Origin: Podarcis liolepis
Lineage: Eukaryota
Assembly: GCA_965112155.1 (NCBI GenBank)
Contig: OZ218100.1
Length of the DNA: 64,000 nt
Direction: 5' to 3' (one strand)
Part shown: positions 14,989 through 26,870 of the stretch, piece after piece
Position numbering within the stretch: position 1 is the stretch's first letter
Layout of the letters: every line of letters starts with the position of its first letter
Program-made: the position numbers and the translations under genes
The notes under the pieces: model-generated
What the model was told of the DNA's origin: nothing
Database searches by the model: none
Seen by the model: the letters and a program-made list of their open reading frames with translations, nothing else

Positions 14989-15769
14989 TCTAGTATTCCA
15001 GACATAATATGGTACCTGGACTGCACTTAACCCTACCAATTAAATTTTCCCCATACTGATTAAAATTACCATTCACAGTTTTAAACCTCCTGTGTGCAAA
15101 TCCTCCAATTAAAGCAATTAGAGTTTGCAGCCCTCATATTACCTAGCTGCAGTTACTGAAATGCATAAGTATAATAAAATGAGAATAAGCTCAATTAGCA
15201 AATAAAACACCTAATTATATAATAATCGAGAAGTAGCTGGTCTGACATTTCTTATTCTTACTCAAGCACTGATTAAAATAAGTTAATGTCAGTTCTACAG
15301 TTCCATGATTACTTTAATTAGGATGGTCTGATTAGAAACAATAGTGCTAGATTTGCCCCACAAGTTTAAGATAACACAATCACTTAGAGCCAAGGTTCCA
15401 TTTATGCTTGATGCTTACATGGGAGTCCCATCCATTTCCATGAAGGGATCCCTGTTTCAGTGATGTGTGGTGGAAAATTTTCCACAGGAGAAAAAAAAAT
15501 CCAAAATGGGAGATTTTGCAGTGCTTTACTTTTGGTGGGAAAAATATCAATTTCATATGTTCATTAGTAACAATGAGTGGGTGCCAAACGCAACTATAAT
15601 AATGGCAAGCTTGGTGATTTCAAAGTTTTTTGCTTTGTTTACTAAATACAAAAGGAAATAAACTTGCTAAATTAGATCACTCTCAAGGGCATCAGAAAAT
15701 ATTCCAGCAGAAACAGAACTTTTCCCAATACAAATTATCTTATGCAAATTAGCTTAGTTCAAAACCTAG

Positions 15770-16580
15770 TTCGGATATCTGTTGGAACTCACACTCTGCC
15801 AGGAATGTAAGGTCCAACAAATTCTTCAATTGCCTTGCTGACAAACTATTTCCCAGAAGGCAGAAGACACAACAAATGGATCATCTATTTTGGATCTCAT
15901 CCTCACCAAGAGGAAAGAAGTGATCGACAAGGTGGAAGTAATCAGGAACCTTGGGAAGAAGTTATTCATATGCAAGAGAAAGCTGAATGTAGTCAGACAT
16001 GCACTCTGCACTTGATTTCAAAAAGCTTAAGGGACAACTGGATGAGATCCCATAGTCAGAAAGAGAAGTAAGTCAAAGATGGATGGGAGATTCTTAAAGG
16101 TGAAATATTGAAGGCACAAAAGCTAGACAACACAGACAATTCCAAAAAGAAATAAAAAATGAAAGGCATCTAAAAAAAATTGGTGTATATAACAAATGAA
16201 AGAAAGGGGAGATTGCAGAGATCGCAAAGGAAGAGTATACATGAGTTGCTAACCATTTCAGGGAGAAGATCAGGCAAGCTATACTTCAGAATGAATTCAG
16301 GCTTGCAAGAGAGGTTAGTAGACTGCAAATTTAACATGAATCAACAGTGTGATTCAGCTGCAGAAAAGCTAATGCTATTGTAGACTGCATCAACAGAAAT
16401 ATAGTATCCAAGGGAAGTAATAGTCCCACTCTACTCTGTCTTGGTCAGACCACACCTGGAGTACTGTGTCCAGTTCTGAGTGCCACAATTTAATAACAAT
16501 ATTGACAGGCTGGAACATGTGCAGAGGAGGGCAACCAAGATTATCAAGGATCTGGAAACCAAGCCTTATGAGGAATGGTC
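15770..16580 (+). mobile_element. CR1 LINE ORF2 fragments
   Basis: CR1-like segments such as ttggtcagaccacacctggagtactgtgtccagttctg and ggaaaccaagccttatgagga. Confidence 0.8.
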
Positions 16581-16904
16581 ATAAGATCCAACTTTGGAGC
16601 AAGGACTTTTTGCTGAGATTTGAAGTCACAAAATATGCAGTAAAGTGTGAAAATATAGGCTGTTCAACCTTTAAAATATGCCCCTCCAAGTGAGTTCCAA
16701 AATGCCCCCTTAAAGGGTTTATATCCAGTGTTCCCCCATTCCCCCAGCATAGGAAAAGACCGGACATTTGGTAAATAAAAAAAATTTTTACGTACAAACT
16801 CTCCAAAAGTCAGATACATGTGCTTCAGAAAGTTGCACAGGCAGTAAAACTTAGCTTAGTTGCAAAGTGGTAAAAGTTCCTAGATTACTTGTATAGGAAC
16901 TCAA

Positions 16905-17415
16905 GATTCAAGTAGGTAGCCGTGTTGGTCTGCCGTAGTCAAAATAAATTAAAACAATTCTTTAAAAAGATAGTTAAAAAGACTCTTCTTAAAAACCTAA
17001 AAACTGTTGGGTCCAGTGATGGTGTTGTCTGGGTGTATGTGGCAGCAAAGTTGGCATCTGGGTTTATTGCAGGCTCTGGTACCAGTTTCCATGTTAAGTT
17101 TGGTTGTTGTATTATTGTGGGTGAGGAGTTGTTTAAGATTGGGTGGCTGTCTGTAGGCGATGAAAGGTCTTCCTCCCAGAGCTTGAGAAAGAGAACTGTC
17201 ATTGTTTAGGAGATGTTGTAAATCTCTGATGATGCGTTGAAGTTTTTTAACTTGAGGGCTGTATGTAATTACTAGTGGTGTTCTGTTGTTTTCTTTTTTG
17301 GATCTGTCTTGCAGCAAGTTCTCTCTGGGTATCAGTCTGGCTTTGTTGATCCATTGTTTAACTTCATCAGGTGGATATTTTAGTTCCATAAAGGTTTGCT
17401 GTAGGTCTCAAGAGT
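16905..17415 (-). mobile_element. Penelope-like retroelement fragment (RT C-terminus to GIY-YIG linker)
   Basis: 130-aa ORF with RTPLVITYSP, AYRQPPNLKQLL and CNKPRCQLC; adjacent gtagccgtgttggtctg terminal-repeat sequence. Confidence 0.85.
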
Positions 17416-19172
17416 TGCTGATGAGAGCCTGCAGTTGAGCTGGAGCAACCAGCTCAAACCTCTTCATATGCTGAGCTTATTAGGCAGACTGGAAGAGAAG
17501 AAAGGTTGATCAACTAGTTCCTCCCAAGGTGTGGGAAGTATATAGCTAAGCCTGGCAGGACAACTTACTCTGTGGTATTAACCTCTTCATGTATTAATTA
17601 GACCTAAGCATGTTTGTTATATGAGGTGGGTTATCCCACAATGTCTACATACATTTCTGTTTCCTCTAGCTTTGTTCGGCCAGCCACCTTAGCCACATGG
17701 AAATGGAATTGTCTCTAAGACCCAGGAACTCACTGTGCTAAAAGAAACCCAACCACAATTTCTGGCCATGTCAAAACATTAGATAACTCCCATGCACCTG
17801 CCAATTTTCTTCCTTCATTTCTTTTAGTTATTTGATAAAATCTTTCTTTTAAGTTGAATTTACTTTGATGCAATTAAGTAAGGGGCTTTGGTGTTTGCTA
17901 TTTTTCTAGGTTAGTGTGAAGCTAAAGGTGTGTGTGTTTCACTTTTAAAAATTAACATGTATGTTTATGCAAAATAAGAATCTTGACTCCAGTAATGTAG
18001 TAGAGAAGCTGAAATGGGAACTCTAGTTTCAGGCTGCCTTAAAACAAACCAGTATCAGACTTGAGGGAGAATTTCCTCAATACATTTGCTCAGTACACAT
18101 TTGCTTAGTGGCAAGCTCTGCAAATGATACGTCCTAATATTAGTACAGATTATGCATCCTAAACTGAAAGGCTGGATGTTAACAGTATACTAAAGAAATA
18201 TGAGTACACTGTTTCTTACTCTTTACAAATATCTTGGGTATTAGTCTAAGAAAAAACAAACAGTAGGAAGCATTTAGGGATTAATTTCATTTTTAGCTTT
18301 CCTGGTTGAGATGTCCTAGTAGTTTATGACATGGATTCTAAAATATATGCTGTGTTATTACTAGAATTTAAAACTGACTCATACTTTTCTATGGAAGAGG
18401 ATTCCTCCCCATGTGGCTGTTTGCACGGTCTCCTTAATCTAGCTCTTTCTTGCAAGCACAGGAGCTCCAAAGCATTTTCCTTTTCTACAAGGAGGTCTCT
18501 GTTCATTTTGACAGAGCAAAAATTCTACCTTTTCAAAAGGTGCCTCTTCCACTTATATGAATGGTGAAATTTGCTCACATGAGAACTTCATATATCAGAG
18601 AACCTATGAAACTCCGAATCAGAGAGTACACATTGAGCATGTAAACTTGCTTTATAGGATTAATTCTAGGATTCTGTGCTTCTGTGAAGTGACTCAGCAA
18701 AGGGTATTTTACTGGGATTCCAGTGTGCTGGAATATATTCCATTTGCTTCAATGTAGGCACTGTGAATGTGTCACTTACCCATTTAAGTCATATTTGTTT
18801 CATTCCAATCCTACAATTGAAGATGACAAGATCATTTGACATGTCAGATATTGTTGAGAATATTTACTGCTAGATAGATTCCATTTCTAATGCTTTTCCA
18901 TATATTTGCTTAATCTAATAAATCATCTAGATGTGATGTTACTGCTGCCATATAAATAGCTTAGGCTGGCCTAATGGGTGCAAGTTTTAAAAAGAAACTT
19001 CTCAACGATCATGTGCATTGTTCACTTTGGCTTCTTAAAAAGCATTTCTGGGAACTTGATAATGACTTTTCCTTATTTTGTATCTATCGTGAATGGGAAC
19101 CTATAGAGTTTCTAAAAACAGTTTAGTAAAGTATATGAGCCTCATCACTAAAATGACAGCAATTGCAAGGTA

Positions 19173-19398
19173 CAGTGGTACCTCGGGTTACAGATGCTTC
19201 GGGTTACAAACTACGCTAACCAGGAAGTGGTTGCTCCAGGTTAAGAACTTTGCCCCAGGATAAGAACGGAAATCGTGTGCCAGCAGCACAGCGGCAGCAG
19301 GAGGCCCCATTAGTGAAAACACACCTCAGGTTACGAACCGTTTCAGGTTAAGAACGGACCTCTGGAACAAATTAAGTTCTTAACCCGATGTACCACTG
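19173..19398. mobile_element. Tc1/mariner-type MITE
   Basis: TA|CAGTGGTACCTCGGGTTA ... TAACCCGATGTACCACTG|TA. Confidence 0.9.
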
Positions 19399-20427
19399 TA
19401 GTAAAGTCCAATGAACTTGGTAGCCTGCCTAAATTGTGGGCCCCAGAGCACAACATCAAAGACAAGACTTCTCTTCTAACTAAACAGACAAAGGCAGTAC
19501 CTCGTCTCTGAGAACACACTGAGCTTCAGAGTTGCTTAAAGGCAGCAAAAAGCCTCAGTGATTTCTGAGTCCCGCTGAAGCTCATGGACTCCCTAATCCC
19601 AATTCCCCAATCCTCCCTTGCTTGCCCACTTCCTTCCCTGCCAATAGTGCACATCCCAGTCTGTTCCTGGGCCCCATGAGAGGTTCTGCTTTGGTTCCGC
19701 TTTCTCCTTGACATCTCCTTTCTTCAGTTCTATCTCACCACGAGCCATAGTTTCCTTAGGCACCTATTTTTAGCCAATTGCCTGCCTTGCCCAATTTCCT
19801 CCAGCAATCTTTTTTCTCCCTTTCCAATAACATCCAGTCCCTCCTGTGCTTTGTTAGATTTCTTTGCACCTGTCCTTGCTCCAGTTTCCTGTCTCCGATG
19901 CAGTGTAGTGTCGTCAATTCTGGACAGTTTTTAATGTGAGTTGGACTCTTATTTGCTCCAGCTCAGCCAGCAAGGGGGGAGCCTTTTTTAACCTGCAGAC
20001 TGCATTCCCTTGTGGGGCTGCCCAATGTGGGTGGGACCAGACGAATGAAATGGGTGGGACAGCATATGTGAGTCTTCTCTGTAGAGTAGGCTACATTTCA
20101 GCCAGGCAAATGTGAGAAATTTCTACAGCCCCCCACATCTCTCCATCTATGCAGACAAGAGGCATTGTCACTACTCAAGGAAACTTTCCAACCAGGCAAA
20201 AGTACTGGAAGAGCCAGAAAGGAGTGCAGTTTGGGGAGAGGAGATGTGGCCTGGGGAGATTTATGAGAGTCAGATAGAGAGGCCTATTGGGCAGCATTCA
20301 GTCCCCAGCTTGATTTTTATTTTATTTCGTAAAATTTATGTACTGCTTGATTGTACAGAAAAACCTCAACGTAGTTTACAGAAAGGGATGGTCTCCATCC
20401 CTGAGCTTAGCCAACCAATGTCAGAAG

Positions 20428-20563
20428 CAGGCATAGGCAAACTCCGGCCCTCCAGATGTTTGGGACTACAGTTCCCATCATCCCTAGCTAACAGAACCAG
20501 TGGTCAGGGATGATGGGAATTGTAGTCCCAAACGTCTGGAGGGCCGGAGTTTGCCTATGCCTG
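20428..20563. mobile_element. Palindromic hAT MITE
   Basis: CAGGCATAGGCAAACTCCGGCCCTCCAGA terminal inverted repeats; perfect 8-bp TSD gtcagaag. Confidence 0.93.
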
Positions 20564-21494
20564 GTCAGAAGCTTCAGAAGGTAGAAGCACTAAAAGTAGG
20601 CTTTAAAGCACTTCAATGGGAAAATGCTATGCCGCTAATAGCTATGTTTTAATAAATTAGCTGGCCGTCATTATTCTCTAATCAATAAATAAGCGGTGCT
20701 TGCAAAAGGTAGCCTGTTTAGCAGTAGATGGCTGCCTTCAGTTGACTGATTAAGGAAGTGTGGTTTCTTACAGAGTAAAAACATGAGTGATGTATTGAGC
20801 GGGGTGGGTGTGTTACAAGGTGGGTCACCACTTTCTTTGCCGATAATTCCTGTGCTCAATATATTTTTCATGCTTGCTTACTAATGTGGCCCTACAGCAG
20901 TCCCCATCCTGTAAAGATAACAAATTAGCCATCTGATACAGAACAGCTTTATCCTGGACATGGAAATGTTTTCATCTGCCAAATAAAACATAAATCTTAT
21001 CCTCTGTTTCTTTGACAAACTGCTTAATAAGCTTTTTCAAGTACTTTTGTCCGCTGAAGCTAGCTCACGAACCCCCAATCATTTCAAACCAACACAAGTG
21101 TAATGCTGATAACCTGGAAGCTGATTTCTGTTGGAAGTTGTGTCACTGTACATCTGTTTTGAATATACTTGTTCTGACCCTGACTATTGTGAGGCCTTGG
21201 GGCAAGTAACTGTGTGTGTGTGTGTGTGTGCGCGCGCCCACAAACACACACACACGTATTAAAATCCTACCTACACAGATCATCAAAAGCATGGTCAAAT
21301 GAGAATGGTTTTAGAATGCTTCAGAAACATGCTTGATTGGAGTCTCCATCAAATGGCAGCTGCATAGGTCCTGAGTCCGGAGTCAACAATTTTAAAGTGA
21401 TTTAAAGGTGGCACGATAGCGTAACTGTTTCCCATGGAGGGGAGGACTAGGAATGTGGCATGTGCACTCCCTCCTCCCTTCTCACGCACTACAG

Positions 21495-21595
21495 CATGCT
21501 TCCTCAAACTCTGCCCTCCAGATGTTTTTGGCCTACAACTCCCATGATCCCCAGCTAGCAGGACCAGTGGTCAGGGATGATGGGGATTGCAGCCT
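21495..21595. mobile_element. Truncated palindromic hAT MITE (same family as 60984-61121)
   Basis: Shares cttcctcaaactc.gccctccaga...gcaggaccagtggtcagggatgatggg. Confidence 0.7.
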
Positions 21596-22311
21596 GCACA
21601 ACCTGTTTGATCAGAGACCACTGTACAATCGGAGGTGGGCGATGTTCAAGCAGTGACCTCTGCAGCAGCACCCCATATTCAATACTCTGGAGAGAAAGAA
21701 AGAAAAATTGACTTCAACTTGACATTGGAGATTTATGTTTGGATAATCTGGCATCTTTTTATTTGATGAAAAGCAGAAGTAGGGGGAAGGCAGAATTTTA
21801 AAATGGGCCATATGGTGGTTGGTAAAAAGGTTCATCCTAAAACATGCACCCCATGTCATTTCCCCACCTTATATTGCTCCTCCCCAAGCTGCTGTTAGTT
21901 GTAGAGGTGAAAAAGACGGTTCAACACAGTACAATCTGCACAATCCCACGCAAGTGCTACCTGTCCGTAGAAAACAAAAGCATATAAGAGAGAAATGTTC
22001 CAGGTGTGCCATCTCCCAGAGGAGCTACTTTTCTATGTGTAGGGAGTTGGGGTGGTGGGTTTTTTCTGTGTTTTTTTTTGGGGGGGGGGTTGCAATCTTC
22101 TCCCTTCTCCCTTGTGTTATATGAAAATTCAATCTTTTTTAAAGCTTTTGATGTCACATGCAATGCAATCCTTTAGATTTTACAAAAACCCAATTATATT
22201 TCAGCTTCTTGAAATTGAATTAAGCCAATACTGACAAGTATTTGCTTCTGTTTTCTGTACTGCTGACTTCACTGGCTGTATTTATTATTTGTCGTCGTCC
22301 CCCCCCTTTAG

Positions 22312-22458
<147 letters not shown>

Positions 22459-22649
22459 TAACCTTGTTATGAATTACAGCATTGTCACAGAAGGATAGGA
22501 CTCCACTGGCTATTATTTTTAATTCAGATCCTAGATTACATTTGGCTATGCCTTTGATGGGTACATGGATTGTCCATAATCACTAATAGAAAAGAAAAAA
22601 ATCTTGCCCTGGAATTAATATATGCATCTGGTCAGATAGATTATGGTGG

Positions 22650-22830
22650 CCTGCAGACACCCCTGCCGGTATACCTGGAAGAAGCAGGTTATCTAGTCAC
22701 GTTTCAGCCTGGTTTCAGTCACAATTTTAGCACCGAAACAGTCTTGGTCACCCTGATCAATGACGTTGATCAGAGATACGGGAATGCAACTCTATTGGTT
22801 CTCCATGATCTCTTAATGATGGTGGGCGGA
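22650..22830 (+). mobile_element. L2 LINE reverse-transcriptase fragment
   Basis: Peptide FQPGFSHNFSTETVLVTLIND. Confidence 0.65.
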
Positions 22831-24347
22831 ACCTTCATCCTGCAGGCCTAACTTAACCCAGCATTTGTTTTATTCAACAACATTTATATACCACTTGATT
22901 GGAATAGAGCGTCTAAGCTGTTTACAATAAATATTTGGCCTACGAGGTCGTTCCCCCCCAAACAGCACCCACCTGCCCTGCATCTGACATCACAATGGTC
23001 TTCAGCTTATGAGTTGGGACCCACAGCCTGATCCAAGGTGGGTCACAGCAGGAACAGTACCACCATATCAAGATATGATAAAAGAAATGGGCTCCCAAAT
23101 GTAAAAGTAGGTCCTGCTTCAAAGTGTGCTCCTGGTTGTGCATTGGCAAGAGAGGCTTGCTGAACTGGCACTAAGAACAAACCACCTGGGATCAGTGTTT
23201 CCATGGGGATCTCCATTGTGCAGCCAATTCCAGCAGAAAGTGGAGCTTGAAGTCAGCACCTTTTAGCTGATAGGCACGGAGTTCAACACTCTGGGATTGG
23301 CCGTGCTACAAAGTTCCCCCTAGGCAACTCCGAAGCCAGCTGACCCTTGAAGGAGCTTGCAAAGGGCCAAGTAGAGCTCTTGTAAAGCCCTTTGTCCCTT
23401 GCAAAGAGCCCTCTCTGCTCAGTGCTTTGAAGCAGTGCACCAAAGCAATGCACACAACTTTGTTTTTAGCCTCGCCTAGCCATAGAGCAAATATTTCAGA
23501 ATCAAATGTCCCAGGAAACATGAATGTCATGCAAGAGAGATTCATTCAAGGAGATTAATTCATGTTTGTTCAGTTTATGCAGATCTGTTTCCTCCTCTGG
23601 CTTGGGGACTTTTCAGGGGCAAAATACTCCCCTTCGGACTATATATGTCACACCAGCATTAGGTATGGAAGGAACAAAATGAGAAAGTGGCATCTAAGAA
23701 ATTAATAGTATCTCTGTTGATGCCTGCTCTTAGGGTAGTAACCAACATTTGGACAATTTCAGAACTTCTGACATTGAAATGTTGGCAAAATAAAAAGCTA
23801 AAGCAAAAACGTTTGATTTTTTTATATAGTGTGATATGATTTTTTTATCATATACACATTAGGGACGTATACATCAACATTTATTAAAGCCTTTCCTCAG
23901 ATTATGGAAAAGAGACTAAGTACTGTAATATTATGATGAACTATACAGAAAATCCCCAAGTTGCAGTGGATCTTCCATAAATGCTTACCTACACATAAAG
24001 AAGAAAGGTATGTTAAATGCATTAGCTTCTGCTAGTAATTACAAGATGTAACTTTATTTTGTTGTTGTTTCTACATTTTTGAAATAAAACATTATTATTA
24101 TTATTATTTTTAAAAAACACCCTGTTCACCCAGGCATTTGGTGATTGAAGGATATTGTTTCTGGCAATTTTTAGGTTATAAGTTGTGAGGATACTTAATT
24201 TGCCTTCAACTGGGCTTTTTTCTCGTATTGTTTCATTGTTTACTGCCCAGGGCTTCATTGGGAGGAATGTTATTTTTTATCAAACAAACAAACAAATAAA
24301 ATAGTTGTCATTACTGATGTCATAGATCGCACATAAGATGGTATATA

Positions 24348-24516
24348 CCGTATTTTTCGCTCTATAACACGCACCCGACCATAACACGCACGTAGTTTTT
24401 AGAGGAGGAAAATCCGTAGGCATGCCACCCATAGGCATTCCCTCCATAACACGCACAGACATTTCCCCTTACTTTTTAGGAGGAAAAAAGTGAGTGTTAT
24501 GGTGCAAAAAATACGG
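24348..24516. mobile_element. Tc1/mariner (Tc2/pogo-like) MITE
   Basis: TA|CCGTATTTTT ... AAAAATACGG|TA. Confidence 0.88.
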
Positions 24517-24672
24517 TAATTTCATTTCCACAAGCAGCCTGTGAATACCCCAAGTATTTGTGACTTCTAGGTTCATTGGCTTTAAATTCCAGATTTTACC
24601 AGGACAATGGAATCTCTCTTTCTCCATCAGCACTCTTAGTTGCATTGGTTATCATCTGGCTTTAATCTTCAT

Positions 24673-24907
24673 AGAACATAGGGAGCTGCCTTATACCAAT
24701 TCAAACTACCCAGTGCGGTATTCATTATCCATATGCCTCAGTCTTCATTATCTATCTAGCTCAGTACTGTTGGCAATGATTGGCAGTAGCTCTCCAGGGT
24801 TTCAGACAAGAGGTCTTCCCAGCCCTACCTAGAGGCGTCAGTTATTGAACCTGGGATCTTTTGCATCTGAAGCATGTGTTCTTTCGTGGAGCCAAGGACC
24901 TTGCCCC
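24673..24907 (-). mobile_element. tRNA-derived SINE (degenerate)
   Basis: Reverse B-box ttgaacctggga and a LINE-derived tail agctgccttatacc. Confidence 0.6.
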
Positions 24908-25961
24908 ATGAATCGCTCTGTTAGTAGAATGGGAAGGGAAGCAATTTTCCATGATCCCCTCCCACAGTAAATCTACCAAAGAACAAAATAAAATAAAATT
25001 GGGATTAAGAGGTTTTCTCAGTATGGTGGAGAGTGTGTATACTATATCTCATTAGTGTAGTCGTGGTGGAAATGCTTTGTGGGATGTGTGTGCAAAAATG
25101 GGGGGATCGAGGATGGTCAGTTGTTGGGGGGGAGTGAGAAATGGGGTGTGTTATCATCTCTTGATCGAACAGGCTTTTGAAACATTTCCTGTAAAAGTCT
25201 CTGTAAAACCTGTGAACAGAGAGAACAGTGGGGTGAGCAGGCGCACTATGGGCAATGATGCCTCCATTATATCACTTTGGAAAATAAAACGATAATCTGC
25301 CTTTACAATCAACCTCAGAGTGTTTCTTTCATTTGCCATATTTTCTGATGCAAAATGCTGCTATCAACGTGTTTTCTGGATTTGAGAACAGGGAGAGAGA
25401 TTCTGATGAAAGAGATAGTTAAGACTGCACCTTTGATTGTACCCCAGATTATAATTTATTGGTAAGGAACCGTGATTTTGAAAGACCATGCGTACTTGTG
25501 AGCCTTTTTTTATTCCACTTTTTGCTCAAGTCTGAATTTTTTGGCTAGTGTTCTGAACTGTTTTTAGTTACTGTAAGAAGGCAGAGCCATAACCATTCCA
25601 TTTCTGGGTAGTCCCGCTAAATTTAGCAAAATTCTGGAGTAAATGTTTTGTTGATTTGCACACTTAGGCCACAGTCCAGCTAAGAGCAGCATAAGCATCA
25701 ATTTCACTCGTTCTGAATTTCTGCCTAAGTCCCTTCCTTGGCGATTTATAGTTTTCCACGTTATATCTCTCTCACTTAGTAGCTGGTGTGCAATCGTTTA
25801 GAGGGTTCAGTCCAGAAATTCCTGAGCAGAATTATCCACTAGATCACAGATAGCCCCTTTCATAAGGCGGCCTTCCATGAACAGAAGGACTTCCTATATC
25901 TGTGCAAGGGCTGATCCAAAGTGGAATGCTAAGATTGGGGAGTCATGGGCTTAATTCATAT

Positions 25962-26870
25962 TGCTAGAGATTTGGGGTAAACCCTAGAAATGAATAAATC
26001 CCAAGGTTTGGGGTTCTTTGTGATACGCAGGGAGAATATAAGCTGCAAGGGGATTCCTGGGCAGGCTGAGGGAAGAGCAGAGCTGTTAGCATTACAATAG
26101 CCATTGAGGGTCTTCAACAACTCCTTGTCCCAGGTGTGACCAGAGACTAGAGATTTGGAAGGTTGCCAGGGTAACTTCTCTGGGGGAGGGCTCTTGCTTC
26201 TGAAAAGAAGAAAGGGTAGATCCATCTTGGTGAGGGTGAAGGAAGGACTGCCTGCAAAGCTCTGGGCCATGCTGTAAAATCTGAATCCCCTCCAATCAGA
26301 CGAAGGGTGTAAATAGGTGAATAAACCCTATTTCTTAAAGCACAACAGTCTCCACTGTGTCTTCTACCCTCAAAGGGGACACAAGACCCCGTGTGTGTGC
26401 CTGAGATCCCATGCACCTTTGTCATGGCTTGGCAGAGAGAGGGACAAGCACCAGGCTTTTGTAACACTGGTGTCAGAAGTGGGATCTGTGTTTCCTGGAG
26501 AGAAGGCCTAGAAGTCAAAAATGGAGGAAGGAATAACAGCAGTCCTTGAGCAGTTGAAGCTGATGCATGAGCACCAAAGGCAAAACAATGGGAGCGGATG
26601 CGAGATGACCATGAGCAGCAGATGCAGCAGCTGAAAGTGTGGGGGAGAAGTCTCCAGGGAGAACAAAGCGTGACTCCATGCCAAGAGCCAGCGGTGGAAG
26701 AAAAAGATACCAAGCTGGCTGAAGCTGAGGAGGGGCTGCTGATTAAAATATCTCTTACGCTTGGGGTGCAAGTGGTGGAAGAAGAAAGCGCCCCAAGAAG
26801 CTATTCCTGATTGACCCTTGGAAACCAGCTGTGGAGGATGGCGAAGAGGACGAGAAAATGGAGGTGCCTA
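25962..26870 (+). mobile_element. Gypsy-like LTR retroelement remnant: 5' LTR (about 25962-26466), tRNA-Leu PBS (26468-26485) and decayed gag start
   Basis: LTR ends GTAACA and contains AATAAA; TGGTGTCAGAAGTGGGAT is complementary to the tRNA-Leu(CAA) 3' end; ATG at 26521 begins a Q/E-rich gag-like peptide. The left boundary is approximate. Confidence 0.75.

Noticed and set aside
1-22311. KCNQ5 exons 1-2
   Set aside because: No S1-encoding peptide found by eye; they probably lie upstream of the window.
26147-26713. 188-aa minus-strand ORF
   Set aside because: Antisense to the LTR/gag remnant, with no protein-like motifs.
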